DNA from: an uncultured Clostridia bacterium
Lineage (GTDB): Bacteria > Bacillota > Clostridia > Christensenellales > CAG-314
NCBI GenBank assembly: GCA_947586855.1
Contig: CANPXV010000001.1
Coordinates: 81,350 to 145,349, forward strand
Reading direction: 5' to 3'
DNA length: 64,000 bases
Shown here: positions 61,901 to 64,000 of the stretch, one piece after another
Numbering within the stretch: the first letter of the stretch is position 1
Layout of the letters: every line of letters begins with the position of its first letter
The notes under the pieces: generated by a model
Databases searched by the model: none
What the model was told of the DNA's origin: nothing
The model's input: only the letters and a program-made list of their open reading frames with translations
Translations under genes and position numbers: made by a program

Positions 61901-64000
61901 GTCGGCGTCCGATGCAGGCATCACACCGCTGGGGTTGGGGCTGCCCGTGGCCAAACCGACCAGGCTGCCGATATCCCTTGCCGAGCCCGTGTACGTCCAT
62001 TCGGTGGAGGTGGCATAGTTGTTGAAGTTCAAAGCGGCTTGTTGTACTACAAGATTGCCCTCTTTGCCGATTGCAATGTCGTCGTTTTTGGTGTCGACGG
62101 TGTAGATATCGGTGTCAGCCACCTTGACAAAACGATAGTTGTTTGTGATTTGAGCGCTACTGCCGTTTTTCAGCGTAATGGTAAACGTGTAGCTGCCCGC
62201 ATGCCACAGCTCGTTTTGGTGAGTGTTGTTGTCAAACGAAACGTTGGCCTGCCATTTTGTTATATCTATCTGATAGTCGCTGTTGGTAAGCAGGTTTTTG
62301 CCGTGGTCAGTAACGGCAATATCCAACGACAACATCGTCGTGGGATCGTATGCGTCGTTGCGGAACACCATATTCTTGTAGGTATCGGACAGCTTGACGG
62401 TCAACTCGGCAGGGTTGATTGCAAAAACTGTGCCAACGGGGGCCGATTTGCCACCCAGACCATCTGCAGTGCCGCTCCAACTTGCATTCCAGGTGATTTG
62501 TACATCACCTGTTTCTACCGTGTAGTTTTCACCCGCAACAAACTGTATGTTGTTGGTGGCGTTGAAGCCTTGCAGGGCGACGATCAGCACATAATAGCCC
62601 GCATCCACCGCCTCGGTTGCGCCAAGGCCGCTGTCGGTCGTGTCGATACGATAGGTCACGCGATAACCGTGAACGTTTTTATTGCCGTCATACGCTTGCG
62701 GCACCCAAGACTCGCCGTTGACGGCATTGACGATTTCGAAATATGTGTCAAAGAATTTTGCGCTCTTGTCCGTGCCGTCGTAGTAGAACACATCGGTGGG
62801 GGCGTCGCCTTGCAATGCCACCCGCACCTGCGCCTTGTTGATGACAAACTCTATTTCCGCATAGGATGCTGACACGTTTTTCCAACCGTGATCGGTTCCA
62901 AACTTGTCGCCTTCGGCGTATTCGGCCTCGTCTATTGTATCTACAATTTTGAAGTTTTGTGCGCCATAACTGCGCAGCTCAAAACGATAGGTGTAGGTTC
63001 CTGCGGCGGTAAGAGCGCCCACCGCCGAGCCGTCCAGGGTAAATTGACGCACCGACCAATCGTTGCTGGAGGGGCCACTGCCTTGTCCGCCCCAAATCTG
63101 CAATGCGGCACGGCTGCCGTGATCCTCAAAAATATCCACGGCAACAAGCCCCGGCTCCGTTTGTTCGTTGCCGTGCTTAAATTCTGTCGCATAGTCATAT
63201 TTCGGGCCGCGATAGTACACGTTGCGGTCCACGTCTGTCGACAGCACCAATTCTGCCGGCAAAATGGTAAAGTGGCTGGTGTACTGAGCGTTGTTGCTCC
63301 TGTCGGGCTCCAACCAAGTATAGTTGTCTGTATATTTCTCCCCTATCGTCAGAGGCACGCTGTACGTCCCTGCAAACCAGTAGTTTTCGGGATTTGCCAG
63401 ATCGTCCTTGGCGTTTTTAGAGAAGTAGGTGCCGCTGCCGGCAGGGCTGCCAATGGTGTACAAACCCTCAACCAACAAGTTGTTGTAGAAGCTGATTTTT
63501 TGCTCGTCGCTGGCAAAAGCCGGCTCGTTTTCGCCCGAGGGCACCACAATCGACGCCGCCGTACCAACATACGTTTTTATCGTTGCGTTCGTTATCTCCG
63601 TGCCAAAATACAGGTCCTTAAATGTTGGCGGAGTAAGCTCCAGCTTGTTGATAATGATGCGTGCGCTGAGGTATCCTTTATGTTCTTTGCTGTATTCGCC
63701 CGCATTGCTGTTGTTGATGAGCGTAACTGAGTAGTCTTTGTTGATTTGCGCTGTGTCGTCGCTGCTCAAACGCACATAGATTTCGTAGTTGCCCGCCTTT
63801 ACGTCTGATGTGCTAAAACCGGGCACATAAAACGGTATTGCGCCATCAATGCTATCCGCAACAAACAATCCGCCGTTGGCAGGTTGGTTAGCGGCCAAAG
63901 CCACTTTTATCGTTTCGTACGCTTGCGCACCGTAGTACGTCCAGGTGTAAGTTTCCAGACCGTTGAGGCGAGAGGGCGAAAGCTCCTCTTCCTTGCCGCT
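37976..64000 (-). CDS. giant MBG-like repeat surface protein, 5'-partial (at least 8,674 codons in the window; N-terminus lies beyond position 64000)
   Basis: Uninterrupted frame from the window edge to the TAA at 37976-37978. The track start at 63904 is a GTG, and the 32 codons upstream of it contain no stop. More than 50 modules of ~100-120 aa with the signature [TNK][PK][RK].[IV].[IV]...YG[ED]...GD.L...VG.Y.I...NY.[IV].F. C-terminal TM YVMIYASQFVILTFALIFI followed by RRRKGNKKQRTK. Confidence 0.9.
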   Translation of the reverse strand, partial: SGKEEELSPSRLNGLETYTWTYYGAQAYETIKVALAANQPANGGLFVADSIDGAIPFYVPGFSTSDVKAGNYEIYVRLSSDDTAQINKDYSVTLINNSNAGEYSKEHKGYLSARIIINKLELTPPTFKDLYFGTEITNATIKTYVGTAASIVVPSGENEPAFASDEQKISFYNNLLVEGLYTIGSPAGSGTYFSKNAKDDLANPENYWFAGTYSVPLTIGEKYTDNYTWLEPDRSNNAQYTSHFTILPAELVLSTDVDRNVYYRGPKYDYATEFKHGNEQTEPGLVAVDIFEDHGSRAALQIWGGQGSGPSSNDWSVRQFTLDGSAVGALTAAGTYTYRFELRSYGAQNFKIVDTIDEAEYAEGDKFGTDHGWKNVSASYAEIEFVINKAQVRVALQGDAPTDVFYYDGTDKSAKFFDTYFEIVNAVNGESWVPQAYDGNKNVHGYRVTYRIDTTDSGLGATEAVDAGYYVLIVALQGFNATNNIQFVAGENYTVETGDVQITWNASWSGTADGLGGKSAPVGTVFAINPAELTVKLSDTYKNMVFRNDAYDPTTMLSLDIAVTDHGKNLLTNSDYQIDITKWQANVSFDNNTHQNELWHAGSYTFTITLKNGSSAQITNNYRFVKVADTDIYTVDTKNDDIAIGKEGNLVVQQAALNFNNYATSTEWTYTGSARDIGSLVGLATGSPNPSGVMPASDADNGYSLSIQYTPRNGSVSQSVDKLLNAGEYVLSITLNGSAANDYTVKPQEYNYKITPDKLIVSAPNSVVYNGKEQDATVSVTNGSGIPAEGHNLTYAENGDNAKLGSTGKPLNAGEYTVTVTFSDDQKINYIVDDAADGADSVTRTFVITKATVIIGWGSSSYGFDGQPHKKALNAVGTLQITLTNAIGANEDVLPTRSADGYTEGDNEFWLTFTYNGWSSDGDSFIHAGTYQLVAHLKDGNFQFDSSGTTSVLSNFVINPHDISKDSTLDLTLNGGSYVGGNITGSFYFNGLPITPLTGVSVMFGESEKSLDASTDYNVNYSNNTNAGTAQIQISGRNDYQGTITKEFTVSPRSLGTSTADDTLTMGDNDKDISVVNLSETLTYNKETFSFAPRYTLDRGEEQGDYVLINNTGYTLAYYKEGLDGYTKVDKIEAAGNYCVVAVGQGNFKGAYVSNVQVQRAKVSIVNIDPVTFNRAIQLPTITFRNASGGTAVPVNGDGDPEWGYWFVATNKWQTVAMAYADGNFLGLPSYADVYKAHVVLLGDAQGNFEFVGPHAKGQNFNYDGGDVQIITGYPVADGAVDNDALTKGKTDALKHEVTVANNTNFAAGTYYSTDYTIEQLDILLTQQVRNVVFDYDYTVKDSDKGKAVARQGRHTNDALAIKFNNLRGNAEVADVPYVLYVYRMDTQGYYLKADGTRYPEQGDDKGQTAAFAGAPFLVFHYTTGQETGNFVHFGACTPECDSSSGEASTHKHIHFGYDAEGRVTYTEDATSSHSDEIQQLREAFTNAGKFTLKLVLDNCNYEISGGQEPDAALRPDCYHDDCHCVIMEVFTFEIAQASLTPYLFDSVTDPTGNTPLAGDALQIPYDGTEHRLWVWFNNNSGNNALPENREPVGQETLLTAGNYYAQFEYSGWSGSATTSEEVKKRSDDYKNVGKYTVHISLKETGNFCLSTGGYSTTIVYNINAKELVLTDEQLTFEFYADSTGSDAGVKLDGAIITGIYRYIASNWEPIENVLYGGKALTRVTGSKGDYTLAYRDNLNASNGTKATVTITGANNYSGTISLTFEISAKSLGKASNVQDNDFAEQNDGEIEETLLSGITLVYNGGWQAVNVAFNYNPSGFDQVVMIANADYSLSYFMQGDDGTWTATRTAAINNAGKYRILVTGKGNYTDNYVVEFTVGKATVALDAPSSKTYNRNEQDAVIRFTNLDGNSITPTQYTLSYAVSGSQTLMRPNTETPNAQLKNDKPYYAGKYDVTVTLKGDDLKNFQFRSAAWDENKPAYSDSTTGQFEITPLRVYATQGLTSATYDGKTHFFGNGGKSTDYGGIGAWTLTFSAVDGTKVAQIGYLITYTTPDGHTLVVKFGGDLTDDQFTYDGEPLKDYGAFQAKLEGVFCDVVWNEAGPSHIGSYKYQASFDHANFEFYQQGKSSSTMDCTFTINPAVVSLDSFEPKVYNALEQEPAVKFSLVNAIEGLDVDSKIGKYTLSYTTSSTSAKLGDNKKPVDVGFYNVAVTLSNHNFAFDSYGEATRSQQFQITPLDINDENVKKVEVSIPERVYTGTAITNEITEVRVTVGEKTITFKRGATEENEVELNDDLFKITGYNNNTHAGEATATIAASGNFSGELTGTFVIAARNIIVRIENRSAVYGEADALSSVENIGWSLVDPSKYGDYATSHKFVWNWQEDWDSSESDPKHYVVYRTDSLGISLGINGGKYSAKQDGNLLVGTYSITDHSISLASTDDYNITFVGAWTGSDDYNGKAGTYTVTEREIVLTIGNLSAQYGDYDQNAIQLGQMLAKDTLLQHSYTVDKGYTGAAILAADKNILFGGITLSIVHNDNWSKGSNKWLNAGSYAIIAKFDVSATNAKYYIGGETQDDYNYTVGAQYKITLAGTFDGAGNYGSDSGFAIDADTPYKEHAGTFTVTPREITITIDHIEHEYNGEEPTAEELTWELKDGSTLATGDKEDILGVRLTKAPGVDVGPYTVTGAYTESGSYIVSFEGGVNAVQITQRKITVTLNKQTSVYGEGEPVGEAEGENWTAKLSSDSKYKDVEGAQAIVTPSGKGVKDDLQIKITKDLGADVGTYNLVPTYSNNNYDVTFEGTEKGYEITKRHIIINIGDKSSDYGEALDINDVLGYVWSVVEDESAYTSYTLTKNWTGTAHYKNENLGVKLKIAADGYTGTSSVLKVKDGGYAIVVDGSELNPNYEFYFKGEWSGDGSYQVKDAPMSGEYSGHAGVYTVNKRKITVTPIDTGSTYGEKALDAINAELSAQSAWNATSDYAGSAILSADLEALAKCISFAVQYDNASDIATSGYLHANSYRVVGNFDTTHDTTQVCNNYDVTFGGSWAGEDDYQGKAGTYTVSKKQITLTINPDVMTYEYDGKDHTDILAFGKEYVGKQWTLKDVFGTVELVKKLSDDKLDDTLEMLGIKLSKDAGTTVTLYSVLASATNSDYNVTFEGTSNCVQITPRKVVVTINDQYAIYGESEYINKEQGIGWTLSLAEESVYYGKEGIKALVGDVSTLNINLFKDLGRDVGTYAIYVTYSNSNYDFTLKGSWQGSGSYGDDLPYAEHAGTYNIVKRKIEVEILGQSSVYGEKPNLSTARNTAWRLKEGAYTPDYGDLQDKLVGRLNPNTILSSDLLDIRFDTTADNLTHVGEYGDITASCKNDNYEVTFLWDSDYWTKNNGEIVTSTELSPNGDGVVTAKKAVNIEKRIIYINLYSVSVKYGELPNDAKVVTVGGHQELVLDNTHGTHWRASGVVNGNGLALVNGDMISVVIGIWYYDSATGTGKPYEAGISVADSVKCYVYARIMTDEDELGDGFKGREEATDNYEIVVQGETEFTNVRDPNGKYEVSYGGATYTSEAATLEITKRNVTVTPDSTSVVYGTPYTAKSIGWTASGDGYYSEDVDAFKELGEVRFKTEPPKSTSGNIKVGVYTLELKPINDEELPARANYNITRETGTYTVTAKTITYVLGDESGAYTGQRPTLESTSTGITGIVDGDKLHIARNVSTNLAGTWGVGKYPIVGTPISDNVNNDAENYNFVFSGGWESVPSDEKAGEFTVFGNAGVYTVTAVDLTVAFMRQTAVYGSERATSGTNYDITRNVGWKLVSGNLVTGENLTFTVNLVASGDDYFQSYYLLVKRNGAEITSDIIGYDVTITFTANKNYNITFTYDETSFTGRSDYAISSVDGSFTLQQAFVVEPRQITVTINDKSGTYDGTDIGGKTFGTGDYTVGNSAANDSGSALVRGVDNLGITFSATGVNAGKYPITATYTNGNYDIDFTGNWDGAEHKGEAGTYTINPKAVTVTINDDSRDFAGKNFEEYIAKEGGWSVEGLVDADKSGGDPNKTKFDITLSIVNGANEWHAGKYAITGEVTGTSKNNYTVTFNGSWSGADEHLNKAGTYTINPLAVQITLNEQTSVYNGSEPTELNVKYGEAWVFTDVSGVLAELFKDNKLDGVDIDTALVLVLSKVGGTGAGNYKISLDSWDNHDYELSVENESNTAYSITPRPVEVTIKAQTGVYGTTPSVLSTEYDVESPDEDSGLVGSDNLNITIKLAESTNKSTSGNLKVGWYALEITCDNSNYIVTFTGDNSNLTLPEYAELTSHKAGEPAFADGKTTIDNLFYVSKRQILINILDQSATYDGTPCGTLDGDNPAQDKWAAVSALNAAGSAIMGEGDLADKLDITISTAESPIDAGRYYLVGKLGTDNDSGNYEVVFSGNWVVDTDGALPDHYTDIVIGSYTNGAGVFTINPAELEITITRQTHEYDGETGTILSVQGTNEEGKYANWYVSKGKIYDRNDSKDVNYFATFTLSRTDATNVHVGEYALTYTFTSKVANNNYNITYVTTDAVFAITQRLITVKINDQESFYNSQAVTLANVEDTDWVATLHDSSTYKEGNAKVDGDDLQITLLNTHIDAFKAGAYPITGVCNNSDYKVVVWTGNWSNESNAGNKFGVDDGTAGTYTVKQRNVTVEIQVQQQVYGDEIIVSSLTNVNWKDISDKSVDGNGILDIETLTIVLSLGTFQNDDYNTSDPVTGCVKVGTYNLLVTYTDNPNYVVTFKTSTKKISMSSAAEGKLTGKAEGVLQIVKRKITVSLNAQTHTYDGTAGTPEDNLFTVGVATNSASGNVALAKGDTAESLNITISRDENHNVNKGTYDLVGDWHNDNYDIDFQNEEGAYSITARKLVVEIADQLGNVYTGLKNAHEAKQNGDYWKLAEGSEFATKGDRTAFAIELTIVNEGDWEVGKYAIKAEVTAGNNLGNYEVTFTGNWVGNDENNKQAGIYEITAKEITVVVKSQSTVYGEAIHSFTESDWGLKAGSEFADGDDKASLNVTLAKEKEGANTVGKYNISASYKNDNYNVTFEGAENGYEITQRPVTIVILAQSGVYGGFQHPAGLRDHPNGVGVSSAQNIAWRVADESTYQVLERDSLEITIAIVYAEGNFNAGSGQLNAGWYGLTVTYNNENYLLTFEVDNSSIRPSEGNVTAEDLAAHPMSGTQEGTTYNVTNGYRIYPRRIGILVANQEDFYKGKDQAPALKQKGSQDGMLANAWIAQNVLNGSAPAILAGDEENFKITLSIENSTAKWNAGTYNIVGKIEGAAEGNYTIERIQNGQFTIKPREVTVTVSSQRYAEYNGQDWRNDFADKSRKVNKFDGNGYWTANTESGDTGVLAADQELFAQAIELYLTGEAKAANSYSADGKWRKDADEDIKINYTVSYSGYAVFTVKPRDLVVIINNLTSVYGEDLAALNPTETLNYTIYHNGKIAGDDNVTVVAGDDLRITLAKEGGNDVAQHHITAGWSNDSNYTVTFYGANYDTDKAAKNERQTESELNKVGFGAHTNNPYALYFITPRPLTVHINNQGGVFGGLTYTNLNKLQGSGLGENGWYIERFTNEDGISKDNITKGNYVISSDSLGVDLTLVYISSGAHNTGRCAITGDWKNKNYMVTFTGDWKGEDEHKDKAGVFEVSKRAITITITDISKPYDGTEQELDNSKNVNWTERVTNDRDNNTVTFVTGDGLPVMDVSVRVSGAKDVGSYAIHIVIKRSEDIIFDSEKTPLSDTVKLNEAGQLVVYTDEYEITVVGSLARPQVEGDEDKDVKVCGQFTITPKEVTLTIDDESGFYGETTEEDANKALSWQDLNGRIVPEDLAAIKDAVKLKIEGPSYRGNGTNYLCAGNYNITGSVVESDNETVKNYTITFTGIRGDRDYGTFAVGVRSITINITPGSTLYGNDLATPAYEAEVTDPTLRNAAILDFDKATFAKAIKLEILSNGAHQSTSKHLKAGSYPIWGSINGGYEEVIGNYKIRFVGSWTEGGKKGDWDSTEDGTYLNLVAGTYIVTTKKITVTLGTNKDNLTSEYGDELKSDWGWQVTGGNLVAGDELEIVMSVSAEKGSDANSYPITATLTAGAKDNDNYNVKFVAGTYTITPRKLNIDVKSHSIIYGDEETLPAITTTRTTGSSSEWKVDGDDVSFAISITGAMYSETEHLRVKKGGYQFTIKLAGAKAGNYQIVSDNSSKATYVVNPRPVTVTIDNKESVYGEQEADLTYTVEGETAGRGIALVAAGTGLATGDDRTLLGITLTRQGLSAGKNGVDTYAITGSANCIDYEVKFEGNWDKEGDTDGNNDNDGKAGVYTINQRNIRIVIHNQWAVYGETINVTSVQGYDWDVLDETEIDGIKYYGLKAGDNLGITLSLTNYVDNTGKNYTVRPRGAYELQYTVGNKNYNVTVVRTTLPDGDAAAAEFPQDFSKSSTSVGEAMWGYSSPISDDLRKANHGYFFVTVRTVYVNIKNQSGVYGEEYALLQTFEGDNPAYTLSLASGLTGEIFRDDLSVTFSLVTTAYGGEKPDNSGTLSYAGKYPITGSAINAMRKGTTADNSILTNYNFTFTGEWTGKELYPSGSEYANRVGVFTVQPRQVSVIVTNTSATYGTYKNLSKDGGKFLLINQKGYTASANYSSGRAFVNGDEDLMGFVLSVTYLGNQLSTGGALKVGSYTIELTRENSTASEEIKNSYSITPQNGTLTIDKANITINIASGQYSTYGDELKLENVQWDSIGQQDKLYTIVGDGYVTGDVLKFTLLTSLIDYFDGEDNYKPVADGNYPAAGNYPIYVTAWTNAGDNANYNMPTYTGSFTGGIDPDDDHYANIAGIYTIRKKTIKVTINDMSIEYGEPIDKNAFTCTMPTGWKVGNDTDDVIKIDLSTGATAGSSVGTYAINGNCISDNYEVEFAGSWLDGKAGTFTINARRIVVVLRPQSSIYGDNPSASSTTNYWFVVKGKTQVTKTTEYSSDEWRNVFGVNTITDLSQLLVTLTKRTTARDTDNGNDGNGLYGGVYDIVGQCNNYNYAVTFTKFVGENAKDYEEVTEDTWGEYTIKPREITIKLKARNEVYGSSDEVKYGARLNNAMDVAWEYADGSKEFVTGHEQFLSFSLKATSTTGALYVPTGDYEILAHWGESIGDTTDPNYRLKNLCYNVNFVNADGKNAEGNELFSITPADVQQKDRSADSDRHETFSGTLWNRTEVYRGSPFELSVTDEYLAFAGDMTYADATITYKDLKLNGEPAESLAEDKISVDGFGVWTVTVCVSVGNHNNVEFTLTLTIMQAELTVKLKSSEEGFNPFTSLYGTYLASGKTKSGAHTFAELEQAVKEWLFSTDEVVIASIDGSEGLYDGVLIKVIEFLLKDTTVSVTVNASSDNASTGGYLDAGLYSISFVSTGNISIKFDQVYSVVNITKRSISANWQAEGTPQATGDYEGSVKYDYNYNGDQHLPTPYTKDVKDGDKVANGKYGYQIKLWQNGDWNPIYSISAVGIYQIAVVVDYDTQSDGNADIGNYTVDAKVVYVEIKAVDITVTIHNQTVEYGEDELNVNALQDAWTIDEASKKLLPAGEDLRIVLSVAGYDNNLARRPVGNYAITGAYANGNYVVHFVGTWDENGDTDENTDNDKCAGVYTVTKRKVTVTVHDLEYMYGANPENKDFNFADLGSQAYSTSRPEDVSTFSAQAQATTVPIFPDDLADVKIRITLAASEADYTSTGYLMVSAAGYRLASSYNANGNYELTFVTDRNEPNAQNTYPKLTITQRPLAVNIQTRSVVYGTDRPTMPMNYIVMGWTAKDETWFNINRDTPASFFTFAVRNAATGSLVEDAKAYDPVGEYIIMMLTNTAADHEIGKNYSIVVTGEWNSDKYYMGENGKAGIYTVTPKAIAITVSGAQGEYGDNRTDQLGWELVSQLAGSETRDVLGFAFDLSEVILANRHTNKVGSYTVTATINNPNYVLDGVFTTTYEIVPRQIDITVLDQSSEYGDRHGDFIASLGYTVGWTASRTGGVSGDGIAYTDDLIVTVLGLYTDIDNNVFVKDYAAGITVDRNTLADSNYHVNNIVSGTLHVVPREITIRVNEQSSEYGEEHPFSTQYNVDWTASRTHHPTFANSDNATVLIEDIYDIALFCDIDKASPAGSYRLRAEFANSNYKVTTVEGNYVVTPRKITVTIENASSEYGDDVVALTYRVSRTGGNALVNGDELNITLTALLPSGAAVDGTTHVGKYPIIVTASDNPNYAITFAGEYNGDLPGNRVADQAGVYEVTKRQIIVTFDSESEYGDPIDPHGASYRSNGKSGPAMVNGDNLGYEYTWIDDPYADANLVGGFTKVGEYRLQVTKPTVQSSVWDNYDVQDDSNENSVYRIVPRKVTITVDNVSQVYGDAFVDPNTLGNSLLHFARSTEGKSGDALVTAGDITTDNLTVAVGAENRIWYVGTYAMTLTYTVKDAVSDCYEVTVVNGSYIITPRPVTVHINDNTVKYGDEFKQPTYAAVQGLQTGDDLNIRLRVVWLDGLADNELHNVGVYAIGGTADNPNYAVTFEGSAGGFGTYAIEQADNFFTKQYTGDGDIDMGDPIEQAELPTAKWGNARVEYYLDAEMTVLADFDDIINAPEGTYYAKVIVDESLNWKGAMTRFMINVINKLSLPDGLDITTYVMIYASQFVILTFALIFIRRRKGNKKQRTK

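Noticed and set aside
37976-64000. CRISPR-like or tandem-DNA-repeat interpretation of the periodic structure in the last 26 kb.
   Set aside because: The periodicity is at the protein-domain level (~300-350 bp, diverged). It has no short identical direct repeats or spacers, and it lies within one open frame.

Overview
Bacterial chromosomal window. The gene content (rpsF-ssb-rpsR, DegV, DUF1385/PrmC, MetNIQ, strong GGAGG Shine-Dalgarno sites, lipoprotein signal peptides) suggests a Bacillota/Clostridia-like organism, but that is inference only. Nearly all genes lie on the minus strand. Positions 1-23 kb are housekeeping: a tyrosine integrase; rpsR-ssb-rpsF; ung; two tRNA-Arg(ACG) genes set among tRNA-3'-end fragments; trxB plus nrdD (NrdD carries a C-terminal thioredoxin-like extension and has NrdR-type boxes upstream); an M14 peptidase; tilS; rsmA; a small P-loop protein; a DUF6273-like protein; prfA; a DUF1385-PrmC fusion; metNIQ behind a terminator-containing leader; a yhhQ-like VUT transporter plus an SDR; and degV. 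Positions 23-64 kb form one co-directional cell-envelope locus. It holds a 2,071-aa lipoprotein with 12 Listeria-Bacteroides-type repeats, a small membrane protein, a 568-aa polytopic permease and a 768-aa membrane-domain/ABC-ATPase fusion. Next comes a 1.3-kb coding-poor island (consensus promoter, four phased ~21-nt repeats, G9 tract). Then a 926-aa membrane-anchored Ig-like-repeat protein with a 575-bp perfect internal duplication. Last is a giant reading frame of at least 8,674 codons, still open at the window edge, built from more than 50 MBG-like modules and ending in a C-terminal TM anchor. This locus is the best candidate for an undescribed system, but its function cannot be assigned from sequence alone. 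No CRISPR array, rRNA or transposase was seen.
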